Numbered from the stretch's first letter, positions 1 through 11,454 are shown. The stretch is DNA of 64,000 nucleotides from an uncultured bacterium (GCA_963822585.1 CAWGIE010000035.1:96001-160000); one strand, 5' to 3'. The notes: generated by a model from the sequence alone, not told the origin. Numbers and translations: made by a program.

Positions 1-130
1 TTAAGTCGGTTAAAAGAATATTTGAGCAAGAAAGAGACCGGCGCCCTCTATTGAAAAGAGTCTTCGTGTTCTTCGTGTCCTTCGTGGTTTAATATCGGTA
101 GTCAGTTTTTCAATATAAGATGTAATCGGT

Positions 131-2749
131 ATGGAGAAATACGACTTCAAGAAAATTGAGCCGAAGTGGCGGAAACGCTGGCGGGAGATGGAACTCTTCA
201 CGGCTCGGGACTTCGACCGGGAGAAGGAGAAGTTCTACTGCCTGACGATGTATCCTTACCCCTCCGGGGTTCTGCACATGGGTCACGTCATCAACTACAC
301 CCTGGGCGACGTGATCGTCCGCTACCAGATCCTGCGCGGGTTCAACGTTCTCTCCCCGATGGGCTGGGACTCCTTCGGTCTTCCGGCGGAAAACGCCGCC
401 CGGAAACAGGCGAAGGCGGCCCGGGAAAAAGGAGAGGAACCGCTCCACCCCGACCGCTTCACCGAGCAAAACATCGCCCACATGAAGACCCAGATGGACC
501 GGGCCGGGTGGGGCTATGACTGGAGCCGGGAGCTGGCGACCAGCCGGCCCGACTATTACCGCTGGACCCAGTGGCTTTTCCTCCTCTTCTATAAGAACGG
601 CCTGGCGGAAAAAAAGGTCGCCCCGGTCAACTGGTGCGAATCCTGCGGGACGGTCCTGGCCAATGAACAGGTGTTGGCGGACGGAACCTGCGAGCGCTGC
701 GGCTCCCCGATTGTCCAGAAGGACCTCAACCAGTGGTTCTTCAAGATGAGCAGCTACGCCCAGCAGCTTCTCGACGGGCACCGGGAACTGAGGGGAAACT
801 GGCCCGACCGGGTGATCAAGATGCAGGAGGAATGGATCGGACGGTCGGAAGGGGCCCGGGTTCGCTTCACCATCACCGAGACCGGGGAGGACCTCCCCAT
901 CTTCACGACGCGCCCGGACACCCTCTGGGGGGTGACCTTCATGTCCCTGGCACCCGAGCACCCGCTGATCGAGAAGCTGGTGAAAGGCACCGACCGGGAG
1001 GCGGAGGTGATGGCGGCGGTGCGGAAGATGCGTTCCCAGGGGACGGGTTTGCGCCAGATCGTCGACCTGGAGAAGGAGGGTGTCTGGACCGGTTTTCACG
1101 TCACCAACCCGGTCAACGGCCGGAAAGTCCCCCTCTGGGTGGCCAACTTCGCCCTCATGTCCTACGGGACCGGGGCGGTGATGGCGGTCCCGGCTCACGA
1201 CCAGCGTGACTTCGAGTTCGCCCGGAAATACGATCTCCCGGTCCGGGTGGTCATCCAGCCGGAAGGAGACCCGCTCGATCCGGAGACGATGGCGGAGGCC
1301 TATGTCGATCCCGGGATCATGGTCGATTCGGGTCCTTTTACCGGCCGGCTGAACACCGAGGCGATGGAGGAGATTGCCTCCTGGCTGGAGCAGGAGGGGA
1401 GCGGAGGCCCCGCGGTACAGTACCGGCTGCGGGACTGGCTCCTCTCCCGCCAGCGTTACTGGGGCGCGCCGATCCCGATCGTGTACTGTGAGAAATGCGG
1501 CGAGGTGCCGGTCCCCGAAGAAGACCTGCCGGTCGAACTGCCCCTCGATGTCGACTTCGAAAAACCCGGCAACCCCCTGGAAACGAGCGAATCGTTCGTT
1601 AACTGTGCCTGCCCCCGCTGCGGAGGTCCCGCCCGGCGCGAGACCGACACCATGGACACCTTCGTCGACAGCTCGTGGTATTTTCTCCGCTACTGTTCTC
1701 CCGGCGACATTAAAGCGCCTTTCGACCGGGAGTTGGTCCGGTTCTGGATGCCGGTCGATCTCTATATCGGCGGGATCGAGCATGCCACCATGCACCTGAT
1801 TTATTTTCGCTTCTTCACCCGGGTCCTTCACGACCTGGGCTATCTTGATTTTCAGGAGCCGGCCCGGCGTCTCTTCTGCCAGGGGATGGTCTGCAAGACC
1901 GCCTATTACTGCGAGCGGTGTAAATGGATACCGGAAGAGAAGGTGGAGGGAGGGCGCCGGGAGGGGGATGAGATCGTCGGCGGACGGTGTTCCGTCTGTG
2001 GCTCCCCGGTCCGGGGAGAGATGACCAAGATCAGCAAGTCGAAATTGAACATCGTCGACCCCGATCTGATGATGGATAAATATGGGGCCGACTGCGTCCG
2101 GCTCTACATGCTCTCCGACACCCCGCCCGACCTGGACCGGGCCTGGAGCGACGAGCGGATGCAGGGGGCCTGGCGGTTTTTGAACCGGCTCTGGGAGACT
2201 GTTGTCTCCTCCGCCGCCGTTCTGAAAGGTTCCGTTCCGTCCATCCCCTCCGACCTCGATGACGAGAGCCGGGAACTTCGCCGCCAGACCCACACCAGCA
2301 TCGGGAAGGTCACCGAGGCCATTGAAGGCGGCTTCCGTTTCAATACCGCCATCTCCTCGGTCATGGAACTGCTTAATCTGGTGCGCTCGCCGGGAAAAGT
2401 CCACCCGGCGGTCCTGCGGGAAGCCATCGAAAGCCTGTTGATCCTGATCGCCCCGATCACCCCCCACTTCTGTGAAGAAGTCTGGAGTTTGCTCGGCAAC
2501 CGGGAAAGCATCTTTCTCGCGTCCTGGCCCCGGGTGGAAAAAGCGGCCCTCCGGGTGGAGGAGGTGACAATCGCCGTCCAGGTCAACGGCAAGGTTCGCG
2601 GCCGGCTCACCGTCCCCGCGGATGAAGGAGAGGAAGCGATCAAGGCGGCGGCGCTGGCGGACGAAAAAATCAAATCGCATCTCGAGGGTAAAGAGATCGC
2701 TCGGGTCATCGTGGTCCCCCGCCGCTTGGTGAATATTGTCGTGAAATAA
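131..2749 (+). CDS. leuS: Leucine--tRNA ligase
   Basis: Class I motifs: YPYPSGVLHMGH (HIGH), KISKS (KMSKS variant), editing domain TTRPDT and GTGAVMAVPAHDQRD, SRQRYWG, C-terminal VQVNGKVR. Confidence 0.98.
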   Translation: MEKYDFKKIEPKWRKRWREMELFTARDFDREKEKFYCLTMYPYPSGVLHMGHVINYTLGDVIVRYQILRGFNVLSPMGWDSFGLPAENAARKQAKAAREKGEEPLHPDRFTEQNIAHMKTQMDRAGWGYDWSRELATSRPDYYRWTQWLFLLFYKNGLAEKKVAPVNWCESCGTVLANEQVLADGTCERCGSPIVQKDLNQWFFKMSSYAQQLLDGHRELRGNWPDRVIKMQEEWIGRSEGARVRFTITETGEDLPIFTTRPDTLWGVTFMSLAPEHPLIEKLVKGTDREAEVMAAVRKMRSQGTGLRQIVDLEKEGVWTGFHVTNPVNGRKVPLWVANFALMSYGTGAVMAVPAHDQRDFEFARKYDLPVRVVIQPEGDPLDPETMAEAYVDPGIMVDSGPFTGRLNTEAMEEIASWLEQEGSGGPAVQYRLRDWLLSRQRYWGAPIPIVYCEKCGEVPVPEEDLPVELPLDVDFEKPGNPLETSESFVNCACPRCGGPARRETDTMDTFVDSSWYFLRYCSPGDIKAPFDRELVRFWMPVDLYIGGIEHATMHLIYFRFFTRVLHDLGYLDFQEPARRLFCQGMVCKTAYYCERCKWIPEEKVEGGRREGDEIVGGRCSVCGSPVRGEMTKISKSKLNIVDPDLMMDKYGADCVRLYMLSDTPPDLDRAWSDERMQGAWRFLNRLWETVVSSAAVLKGSVPSIPSDLDDESRELRRQTHTSIGKVTEAIEGGFRFNTAISSVMELLNLVRSPGKVHPAVLREAIESLLILIAPITPHFCEEVWSLLGNRESIFLASWPRVEKAALRVEEVTIAVQVNGKVRGRLTVPADEGEEAIKAAALADEKIKSHLEGKEIARVIVVPRRLVNIVVK

Positions 2750-2949
2750 AATGAAACCTGTCGGCTCTATTATAAATTGCCTACATTCCAGGATATAGAT
2801 AAAGGGGAGTGATGGAATGGTGGAGTGGTGGAGGGATGGGAATCCTCCCGCCGTAATACCCATTACTCCAATACTCCCCCATTCCAGTACTCCATGTTTC
2901 TCTGTGTCACCGTTTCTTTATTGCTGATACTTTACACACCAGGTGCTGG

Positions 2950-3480
2950 ATGAAGATTTTCGGTTTTTCCTGGCTCCGGCTGGAGAACCTGACCCGGAAG
3001 GAAAAAGGAGCGCTGGCCGCCCTGGCCGTGGCCGTTCTCTGGGGGATGATCGGAGGAGGGGGGCAGATCTGGCGCTCGCACCTGAGGAGCATCACCGCGC
3101 CCCCCGACCTTTACCGGGAACTCCGCCAGGCCCTTCCCGATCCGGAATTACTGAATTTTCATTCCATCCCGTCCGAACAGACGCCGGATGGGGGGATAGT
3201 CTATCTGACCCGGCCTCTTCTTCCCGGCGAAGACGAGATCGAGACCGCCGAGGACGGCTGGATTTTCTTCCCCCGGCATTATTACACCACTGTCAATATC
3301 AACGAGGCCAATGTGGATGAGCTGGCAACCCTCCCCGGCATCGGTCCGGTCACCGCCCGCCGGATTTTCGAGTATCGCAACCGGTACGTCGGTTTCATCA
3401 AGATGAAATCCCTGAAAAAGGTGAAAGGAATCGGCGAGAAAACGTTGAGAAATCTGGAGGGGAGGGTGAGGCTCTATTAA
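2950..3480 (+). CDS. comEA: ComEA-family helix-hairpin-helix DNA-binding protein
   Basis: N-terminal TM segment; C-terminal VNINEA..EL.TLPGIGP..A..I.EYR...VKGIG tandem HhH. Confidence 0.85.
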   Translation: MKIFGFSWLRLENLTRKEKGALAALAVAVLWGMIGGGGQIWRSHLRSITAPPDLYRELRQALPDPELLNFHSIPSEQTPDGGIVYLTRPLLPGEDEIETAEDGWIFFPRHYYTTVNINEANVDELATLPGIGPVTARRIFEYRNRYVGFIKMKSLKKVKGIGEKTLRNLEGRVRLY

Positions 3481-3577
3481 AGACATGAGAACGGGGTGAT
3501 GGAGTGGTGGAATGTTGGAGTGATGGGTCCCGGCCTCCAACACTCCAATACTCCAACATTCCATTTTTCCTTTCCCC

Positions 3578-4678
3578 ATGCCATATAATCAACTAAATCC
3601 GGATTGGAAACTTTTCACTGACGTTTCCGAAATCATGGAGATCGCCAGCTGGTATCATGACGGTCCGGCGGTCTGTTTCCGGGGAACGCTGAAAACGGAA
3701 CCGGCCGCGGCCTCCCGGCTGATGACCGCCCGCGCCCGGGAGCACGGTTTGCGGGCATTTCTCCAACGGGACGGGGAAGGGGCCGTCTTCCGGTTTATCC
3801 CCATCGGGAAATCCCGGCGCGAGGGGAGAAAGGGCGTCCACCTGCTCCTGTTCATCGCCACCCTGTTCAGCACTCTCCTGGTCGGCGCCCTGATGAGCGG
3901 TCTGGAACCGCATGACGTTCTTTCCCGGCCGCTTTTAATTCTGCGCGGCGTCCCTTTCTCCTTCACGCTGCTTGTTATCCTCGGTTTCCATGAGTTCAGC
4001 CATTATTTCGTCTCCCGGAGGTACGGGATCCGAACCAGCCTCCCCTATTTCATTCCCTTCCCGAATATTCTCGGCACGATGGGGGCCGTTATTATCAGCC
4101 GGTCTCCCTTTACCGACCGCAAGAGCCTCTTCGATATCGGTATCGCCGGACCCCTGGCCAGCTTTCTGCTTTCAGTGGGGGCGATCTTCCTGGGTTTCTC
4201 CGAGATAAGCCTGGTCAGAACGAACCTGCACCTGCTGCGGCCGGGACCGGAGTTGTACCTGGGGGATTCGCTTCTGACCACCGCGATCTACTCCCTGCGT
4301 TACCATGCGATTCCTCCCGGATTTACCGTCAGTCTGGGCCCGATCAGTTTTGCCGGCTGGGTGGGTCTCTTCGTCACCGCGCTCAATCTGCTCCCGATGG
4401 GCCAGCTCGACGGCGGCCATATCTCCTACGCCCTTTTTGGGCGGAGGCACGAACTGATCACCAAGGTCGTGATCATCCTTCTGGCCCTTTTCGGTCTCCT
4501 CTTCTCGTCGCCCTTTTGGATCTTCATCGCCGTCCTGGTCGCCGTCCTCAGTCCCCGCCATGCCCCTCCGCTCGACGACATCACCCCGCTCAATCCCGGC
4601 CGGGTGATCCTCGGCATTATCGCCTTCCTGATCCTGGTCCTCTGCTTCATTCCCGTCCCCCTCCGAATAGTCGGTTAA
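3578..4678 (+). CDS. Site-2 protease family (M50) intramembrane metalloprotease
   Basis: HEFSH (HExxH), IGIAGP, NLLPMGQLDGG, multiple TM helices. Confidence 0.92.
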   Translation: MPYNQLNPDWKLFTDVSEIMEIASWYHDGPAVCFRGTLKTEPAAASRLMTARAREHGLRAFLQRDGEGAVFRFIPIGKSRREGRKGVHLLLFIATLFSTLLVGALMSGLEPHDVLSRPLLILRGVPFSFTLLVILGFHEFSHYFVSRRYGIRTSLPYFIPFPNILGTMGAVIISRSPFTDRKSLFDIGIAGPLASFLLSVGAIFLGFSEISLVRTNLHLLRPGPELYLGDSLLTTAIYSLRYHAIPPGFTVSLGPISFAGWVGLFVTALNLLPMGQLDGGHISYALFGRRHELITKVVIILLALFGLLFSSPFWIFIAVLVAVLSPRHAPPLDDITPLNPGRVILGIIAFLILVLCFIPVPLRIVG

Positions 4679-4796
4679 AATCCCCCACCCTCGGCCCCTT
4701 GAATAGCCGTTAAAAAGAGTCCCGAGAAGACCGAATGTCTTTTTTCGGGAGGCGCAAAAGATACAAAAAAGCCCCTGACCTCGCTCCCTGTAATTT

Positions 4797-4882
4797 AGCA
4801 CCTGATCCTTCGACTTCGCTCAGGACAAGTTTTACCTGATTTTTACCCCGCGGTGACGAAGTCACTTTGCGGGGGCTCTGAT
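4797..4882. repeat. ~85-bp dispersed composite palindromic element, copy 1
   Basis: Near-identical to ~36031-36116; contains CTTCGACTTCGCTCAGGAC and a CCCCGC-GTGAC-GAA-GTCAC-GCGGGG hairpin. Confidence 0.85.
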
Positions 4883-5669
4883 ATGTTCCCCCTCGCCCCC
4901 GGTATGGATCAAACGATTGAATGTGATTTTATCTGATCGGTTCCCACTACCCATCCCTTTCGGGAGTCCGTTAATTTCACTCATTGGCACTAGCTGTCTA
5001 TTACCGTGATCTCCGATGGGAAGAGACCTCCATGGCTTTAAACCATAGGTGAATTAGTTAGACAGATCCCAAAAGTGAGGCATCGTTTTTTCTCTTGGTC
5101 CTCGCCGAAACACGAACTTCTTCAGGCATTGGACATATTCATACGATCGTACAGATTTGTCCACTGCTGATGACGCGTTCACAGTATATTCTTATCTTTC
5201 AGGAAAGCGGATGAAGCGAGACCATCAGGTGGGGAAAGGGAGGGGTATTCCCGCTCTTATCCTAGCCAGGGACACGATCCTCATCATCTTTCGGACAATT
5301 CGTGCTCGATCGATCACAAGTTGTCCGATGACAAGGTATGATAGAATATTTCACTTCCGAAAAACAGGATCAGTCGGTATAATTTCGAGTAGGAACAATG
5401 CTTATAAGTACGTTGTGGAGTTGTTCAGAGTTTACCTTGACAGGCTGAGTCGGTGGAGCAAAAGAAGTATCGCCGCCGCACGGCCCCGGGCGGTAAAAAC
5501 CCGGTTACTCCAAGAGGACACCATATCAACTATAAGATCGAGAAGTATTCCCCATTTTTCTTTAAATTTGGACTAATAAATACATAGTCAGTGCATGCAA
5601 TTCACAATTTTCGATTATACCTCCAAACGATGTCTTCATAAACTTTGAAAATAAGCTGGAGTAAATGAA

Positions 5670-6173
5670 ATGCAATATGCATATACTAAAACTGTCATAG
5701 CTGTAATTCTTATTTCCTTGGTAATTATGGCATTTTTACTTACGTGTAGACGTGATGAAATGAGTATTATAGAAAATCGTTTAAAGGGTTTTGATTATTT
5801 CAAAATTAGGGATGCATGCAGATTAGTGATAACCAAAAAGGATCTGTATAAACCCGAAACTCCCGAACCTTTTCCTGTTCCGGGTTTAATAGTACTAATG
5901 CCGAAGAATAATATCCAGTGGGACAGACTCCCCTTAATTATAAAAAAATTAAAGCCACTTGAAATAATGATTACTGAGAATTCCTTATGTATGTATCTGG
6001 ATACATTACCAAGTGTATTAGTAGTAGCTTATGCTGAAGGGGCAAAGCAATCAGGCACAATAAAATTAATAGATTGCCTTTGGTATTGGAATAGGGAAAC
6101 AAAACTAAATACTCTTACGCCGCCGCCAGCGGCAATCCCTATTACCTATTCACCCTCACCAACTAAGTCCTGA
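5670..6173 (+). CDS. Hypothetical exported/membrane-anchored protein, low GC
   Basis: 167-aa ORF with hydrophobic N-terminus and GGAG RBS in a visibly AT-rich patch. Confidence 0.55.
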   Translation: MQYAYTKTVIAVILISLVIMAFLLTCRRDEMSIIENRLKGFDYFKIRDACRLVITKKDLYKPETPEPFPVPGLIVLMPKNNIQWDRLPLIIKKLKPLEIMITENSLCMYLDTLPSVLVVAYAEGAKQSGTIKLIDCLWYWNRETKLNTLTPPPAAIPITYSPSPTKS

Positions 6174-6322
6174 CAGCATTGAATGGAGTCCTGATTTTAA
6201 AAGAAAGGGGTAATACTTTAAAACGGAGGTTTCGGGAAGGAACCCCTGGAAGTGTTCCCCCGATAAACTGACTTCTTTGTGTCTTAGTGTCTTTGTGGTT
6301 ATTAAAGGGGGTGGGGTAGGGG

Positions 6323-6362
6323 CAAAAAAACGGCCCGGGGGAGATTTATCTCCCCCGGGCCG
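6323..6362 (-). terminator. Rho-independent terminator of the Spy/CpxP-like gene
   Basis: CGGCCCGGGGGAGAT-TT-ATCTCCCCCGGGCCG stem followed on the minus strand by a T7 run. Confidence 0.85.
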
Positions 6363-6384
6363 GAGAACGGAATGAATGGGAGGT

Positions 6385-6936
6385 TTAATCCTGGTCGGTC
6401 TTTTCGTCCCGGTCTCCCTGCCGGTGCATCCGCATCATTCCCTTTCCGTGTCCTTCCTCGGAGGGGCCGCCTTTGTGTTCGTCCCGGTCGCCCTCCTTCT
6501 TCCCGCGCATCCTGTGCTGGCGGCTCTGTTCCAGCTGAGACCATTGGTCGGCGGAGAGCACCTGGCGGACAGCGATCTGCTTGCTGATGCCCAGTTTGGT
6601 CAGTGTCGCCGTGGCGGCGCTGATCTCATCGCTCAGACGGGCCGCGTCCTCGGCGGAGAAGGTAGACTGCGAGAACAGGCGGTCCATCTCCAGCTTGGCC
6701 CGTTTTAAACGGGTAGCCGGATCGAGACTGTCCAGTTTGAATTGGTAATCAATCTCATCCAGCTTGCCGATCTGCTCCGGTGTCAGCGCCAGCTTCTTGA
6801 CGATTTTCTCGTTTTTCCAGAAGATGAAGCCGTGCTCGCGTCCTTTCCCCGCCATCCCGCCCGGCTGCGCCATGGCGGGAACGGCCAGGGCGAACAGCAC
6901 CGGCAGTCCCAGTAAAAATCCGATCCATCTCTTCAT
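6385..6936 (-). CDS. Periplasmic Spy/CpxP-like helical protein
   Basis: Signal peptide (AMA-Q), LALTPEQ and VLSADQ (LTxxQ motifs), AGGAGG RBS. Confidence 0.75.
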   Translation of the reverse strand: MKRWIGFLLGLPVLFALAVPAMAQPGGMAGKGREHGFIFWKNEKIVKKLALTPEQIGKLDEIDYQFKLDSLDPATRLKRAKLEMDRLFSQSTFSAEDAARLSDEISAATATLTKLGISKQIAVRQVLSADQWSQLEQSRQHRMRGKKEGDRDEHKGGPSEEGHGKGMMRMHRQGDRDEKTDQD

Positions 6937-7186
6937 CTCAACACCTCCCTTTTTGTTGGTTGAGATTTTTCTTCCTGAAAACCATATTTCCGTGATAAGT
7001 ATGAAACGCAGATCAGAGGAAAAGGTTTAACTTATTTTTTCTGCCCCGATAAAACCGGGGCAGAAAAAATAGTGAGGAAGGATCGCGGGGATCATCATAC
7101 CCGAGGGATAGCAGCATGAGAGGATGGGAAAACGGGTTCCCCAACACTCCATTTCGCCACCGGTGCAGCCTCAGGGCCGTGTTTTC

Positions 7187-8200
7187 ATGAACGCTAACCG
7201 AACTGTCCCGTTCACCTACGCCGACATCTTTCGGGTGGTGCAGTATACTCTGGATCACCGACGGCTCATCATCCAAGCCGTCGGTTTGCTGCTGGCACTG
7301 CTCGCCCTCTTCGGCTTTTTCGCCCTCGGTTATCAGACGCAGGGCTCTCTGAATTTTCTCCCCTGGTTCTGCAACCTGGCCGGGGTGATCTCCTTTTACC
7401 TGATTATCATGATCTTTGCCGGTCCGGTAACCTACCTGATCCTGGAGGAGATTAAAACCGGCCGCCGGGCCAGCGTCGCCGGCTCCCTGAAAAAGGGTTT
7501 GCGTTACGGGCTCCGCCTGGCCCTGGCTCCTCTCGGGGTCCTCACCTTTCTCCTGGCGGCCGGGATCATTTTGGTTCTGCTTACCTGCCTGGGGATGACC
7601 CCGGACGCGGGACCCGTGATCTGGGCCCTGCTGATCATCCCCCAGTTCATCCTCTCTCTGCTTCTGGTGATCGGCACCGTCACCCTGCTCGCGGAGACAT
7701 TATTGCTCCCGTCGATCATTATTGAAGAAAAGATACCGCCCGGACAGGCCTTCGCGGTCCTCCTCCGGCTGATGCGGCGCCGCTTTCTCACTTTCTGGGG
7801 ATATAGTTTTACCGCCCTTTTCCTGACCCTGGTCTATTTCCTCCTCTTTACTCTGGTGATACTGGGTGCGCTGGCCGTGCTTTACGGTGTCTCGTTTATG
7901 CTTCTGGGCGATATGCCCGGGGGGGTGCTTCTCGCCATGCCCGCTTTCTTTCACGAATTACCTTCTTTTATAGAAACGTCCATTTCTTTTCCGCCCGGGC
8001 TCCCTGCCGGCGAAGAACCTCTCACGCTCGCCGGGTATCTGGCGGGTTTTTCCCTCCTCTTCATCTATGTCGCCTGGCTCTCTTATCCGATCCTTTACGG
8101 CTTTAATTCCGGCGTAATCATCTATCTGGCCCTGAAAAACAAGGATTCCCCCACCTCCCCCCCTTTTCGAACCGCGGATTATGCTGATTATACGGATTAA
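7187..8200 (+). CDS. Multi-pass membrane protein, hypothetical
   Basis: Several hydrophobic segments; start uncertain (7124 or 7187). Confidence 0.7.
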   Translation: MNANRTVPFTYADIFRVVQYTLDHRRLIIQAVGLLLALLALFGFFALGYQTQGSLNFLPWFCNLAGVISFYLIIMIFAGPVTYLILEEIKTGRRASVAGSLKKGLRYGLRLALAPLGVLTFLLAAGIILVLLTCLGMTPDAGPVIWALLIIPQFILSLLLVIGTVTLLAETLLLPSIIIEEKIPPGQAFAVLLRLMRRRFLTFWGYSFTALFLTLVYFLLFTLVILGALAVLYGVSFMLLGDMPGGVLLAMPAFFHELPSFIETSISFPPGLPAGEEPLTLAGYLAGFSLLFIYVAWLSYPILYGFNSGVIIYLALKNKDSPTSPPFRTADYADYTD

Positions 8201-8321
8201 GTTCCCTCACCGCCCCCCTCTTTTTTTTACCACAGAGATCACAGAGGTCATGGAGGGTATTTTTTATTGAACGTTGAGCGTTGAGCGTTCGATGTTCATC
8301 TCTTCTTTCCCCCGCAGGTGT

Positions 8322-8352
8322 TGACATTCCGGCCTAACTGGGCTATATCTTT
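8322..8352 (+). promoter_or_regulatory. Putative sigma70 promoter of grpE
   Basis: Perfect TTGACA, 17 bp, then TATATC/TATCTT upstream of grpE. Confidence 0.45.
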
Positions 8353-8393
8353 ACTCCGAAATTACTATAAGTACACCATTGCAGGGGGAGCAA

Positions 8394-8972
8394 ATGACAA
8401 CCGGGAAAAAGCACCACACCATAAAGAAGCCGGATCACGGCGAGCAGGTTAAAAACGGAGAAAAGTCACCGGATACGGTGGAAATCCCCGCCAGGGAACT
8501 GGAAGACCTCCGTTTGCTGGCCGTCGCCGGCGCCCAGGACCGCGAGAAGATGCTGCGGAACATGGCCGATATGGAGAACCTCCGCAAGCGAATGGAAAAA
8601 GAAAAGAAAGACTACATAGATTACGCGAATCGGGAGTTGATCTTCGAGCTTCTGCCGGTTGTGGATAATTTCGATCGGGCACTGCAGTCCGCAGAAAAGA
8701 CGGCCCATTCCGCGCCCTATATTCAGGGATTTGAGATGATATACAAGCAGCTGAAGGGTATGCTCAAACAGCAGGGCGTGGAAGAGATCAAGGCCCAGGG
8801 AGAACCTTTTGACCCGCATCTTCATGAGGCCGTGCAGACGGGAGAGACCGATCACTATCCCCCGGATACCGTCCTGGAAGTGATCATGAAGGGATACCTG
8901 TTGCGGGGGAAGCTCTTGCGTCCCGCGGTGGTCAAGGTCTCCCGGCCGATCGAACCTTCGGGGAAACCCTGA
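8394..8972 (+). CDS. grpE: Nucleotide exchange factor GrpE
   Basis: ADMENLRKR, LLPVVDNFDRAL, FDPHLHEAV, KGY.L.GKLLRPA.V.V. Confidence 0.96.
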   Translation: MTTGKKHHTIKKPDHGEQVKNGEKSPDTVEIPARELEDLRLLAVAGAQDREKMLRNMADMENLRKRMEKEKKDYIDYANRELIFELLPVVDNFDRALQSAEKTAHSAPYIQGFEMIYKQLKGMLKQQGVEEIKAQGEPFDPHLHEAVQTGETDHYPPDTVLEVIMKGYLLRGKLLRPAVVKVSRPIEPSGKP

Positions 8973-9155
8973 CGGTCATGGGATCCCGGGAGAGTTACCC
9001 GATTGAAAACCCCGCCTCCCCGGTTTTTAACTGTTTCGGAAATTTTCCGATATCCGTTTAGATCCCAATAGCATTGTTTTAAATACAGATGAATCAAGGC
9101 AATAATTTTATTTTCCCCCCCGATTAATACTTCGGGGCGGAGCGGAAAAATAAAA

Positions 9156-10316
9156 ATGAGTAAGCGCGACTACTATGAAGTGCTGGGAGTAAGCCGGCAG
9201 GCGACCGAGATCGAGATCAAAAAAGCGTATCGGCGTCTGGCGGTTGAGTACCATCCAGACAAAAATCCCGGGAACGCGGACGCGGAGGAGCGCTTCAAGG
9301 AGGTTGCCGAGGCTTTCGAAGCATTGAGCGATCCTCGGAAGAGAGAGCTGTACGATGCATACGGGCATGATGGCTTACGGAGAGGGGGATTCGGATTTCA
9401 CGATCCCGTTGACATATTCCAGCAGTTCATGGGGGCCGCTTTCGGGGGAGGGATCTTCGGTGATATCTTCGGTTTCGGGGGGCATGCCCGGAGAGGACCG
9501 GAGGCCGGAGCCAATGTTGAATATGAGATGGAGATCAGCCTGGAGGAAGCGGCCGCCGGGGTGGAGAAGAAGATAAGCATTTTTCGCCGGGAGAGATGCC
9601 CCCGCTGCAAAGGCGAAGGAGCGGAACCGGGCACCGATCGGACGGTCTGCGACCGGTGCCGGGGATCGGGGAAAATCCGGCAGAGCAGGAATACCCTGCT
9701 GGGGACCTTTACCACTGAATCCTACTGTTCCGCCTGTGGGGGGGAAGGGAGCATCGCCACGGAACCGTGCAGCGAGTGCCAGGGGCAGCGGACCGTCGAA
9801 CGGGAAAGGGAAGTTACGGTGAAAATCCCACCCGGCGTTGACGATGGTTCCATTCTCAGGCAGCGGGGCGGGGGAGAATCGGGCCCCCGGAACGGTCCTG
9901 CTGGAGATCTGATCATTTATATCCGCCTTCTGCCCCATCCCATCTTTCAACGTTCCGGCGACGATATCCTCTGCGAGCTCCCGATCAGCTTCCCCCTGGC
10001 CGCTCTGGGCGGAGAAACCCGGATCCCGACCCTGGTCGGAGATACCGGGCTGAAGATACCCCCCGGCACCCAGAGCGGGCAGGTATTCCGTCTCCGCGGC
10101 AAGGGGATACCGCATCTACACGGGACCGGCCGAGGGGATGAACAGATCGCCGTGACGGTGGAGATCCCGACCAGATTGAACAGGGAGCAGCGTGATCTGT
10201 TACGCCGTCTGGAGGAATCGTTTTCGGATAAGAACCGTCCTCTCCATAAAAGTTTCTCGGATAAAGCACACGACTTCCTGAATAAACACGGGCTGGGGAA
10301 ACAGGGGACAGCATGA
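9156..10316 (+). CDS. dnaJ: Chaperone DnaJ
   Basis: J domain with HPD, G/F-rich region, four CxxCxGxG-type repeats. Confidence 0.98.
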   Translation: MSKRDYYEVLGVSRQATEIEIKKAYRRLAVEYHPDKNPGNADAEERFKEVAEAFEALSDPRKRELYDAYGHDGLRRGGFGFHDPVDIFQQFMGAAFGGGIFGDIFGFGGHARRGPEAGANVEYEMEISLEEAAAGVEKKISIFRRERCPRCKGEGAEPGTDRTVCDRCRGSGKIRQSRNTLLGTFTTESYCSACGGEGSIATEPCSECQGQRTVEREREVTVKIPPGVDDGSILRQRGGGESGPRNGPAGDLIIYIRLLPHPIFQRSGDDILCELPISFPLAALGGETRIPTLVGDTGLKIPPGTQSGQVFRLRGKGIPHLHGTGRGDEQIAVTVEIPTRLNREQRDLLRRLEESFSDKNRPLHKSFSDKAHDFLNKHGLGKQGTA

Positions 10317-10521
10317 AGCGGTCCGAGGATGCAATATTCTACCGAGCCGATAGGGGTTCAGCTGATTTATAGTGGAGTAATGGAGTGCTGGAGTATTGGA
10401 ATGAAGGAAAATCCCCGTACTCCATCACTCCATCATTCCATTACTCCTTTGCGCTATCCCGGTAAATCCCGATATGAAATTTTGGTTTGAATCGCAGTAG
10501 ATTGCGAGAAGCGAGTCTCCC

Positions 10522-11289
10522 ATGAGGCGATTTTTTCTTGCTCCCGGTTCCGTCCAGGGGCGGCGGATGATTTTTTCCGGCAAGGACGCCCGCTATATCT
10601 GTAAGGTGCTGCGTTTGCAGCGGGGAGCGGAGATCGTCGGGTTTGACGGTTCCGGCACGGAGCACATCGGGACCATCGCCGTTCTCTCTACGCGGAGGGT
10701 GGAAGCGATTATCACCGCGAGCACGGTAACGAAGTCCGCGGTTTCCCCGTTTCGCCTGGTATTAGCTCAAGCGCTGCTGAAAGGCGGGAATCTGGACGGG
10801 GTTATTCGTCAGGCCACCGAGATCGGCATCTCTGATTTTTTCCCTCTGGCGACGCGCTACACGATTCCCCGGGTGAGAAAGGCAGGGGAGAAACGCCTGG
10901 AAAGGTGGACCAAGATCGCCGTTGACGCGGCCCGTCAGAGCGGCCGGAAGGTGAACCCGGTCATCCACCCGGTTCGCGGTTGGGGCGAACTTCTTTCCCT
11001 GGTTCCGGAATTCGATCTCTGTCTCCTGCCCTGGGAGAAGGAGAGAACCCGGACCCTGAAGGACGCGCTGATCGGGCATAAAGGGAAAAAGATGCCGGCG
11101 AGTATCCTGATCGCCATCGGGCCGGAAGGTGGATTCAGCGACGACGAGGCCGGGGAAGCCGCGATCGCCGGTTTCCGGACAGTGAGCCTGGGGGGAAACA
11201 TACTGCGCGGCGCCACCGCCGGTGTGGTCGCCGTTGCCTGCGTGCAGTATGAACTCGGGTATGAAGGACAAGTAAGCAGTGATCAGTAA
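10522..11289 (+). CDS. rsmE: 16S rRNA m3U1498 methyltransferase
   Basis: KVLRL, ATEIG, AARQSGR, IGPEGGFS, LGGNILR; conserved position after dnaJ. Confidence 0.93.
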   Translation: MRRFFLAPGSVQGRRMIFSGKDARYICKVLRLQRGAEIVGFDGSGTEHIGTIAVLSTRRVEAIITASTVTKSAVSPFRLVLAQALLKGGNLDGVIRQATEIGISDFFPLATRYTIPRVRKAGEKRLERWTKIAVDAARQSGRKVNPVIHPVRGWGELLSLVPEFDLCLLPWEKERTRTLKDALIGHKGKKMPASILIAIGPEGGFSDDEAGEAAIAGFRTVSLGGNILRGATAGVVAVACVQYELGYEGQVSSDQ

Positions 11290-11454
11290 TCAGTAATCAG
11301 TGTGGCGCCGTGCCGGGCGGTGCGGATTATCGATGAAGGTGGTGAAGATTGATATTGGCTTTGAACTACTCACTGATTACCGATTACTGATTACCGATTG
11401 CCGGTCTCGATACTTGATCACCGATTTTTCAACCACCCTATCCCCCTGTACATA

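Noticed and set aside
110..2863. 917-aa minus-strand ORF and similar long antisense ORFs
   Set aside because: Shadow frames of GC-rich genes (here leuS); no motifs recognised.
5157..5576. 139-aa ORF
   Set aside because: Non-ATG start, no RBS or recognisable motif; not supportable.
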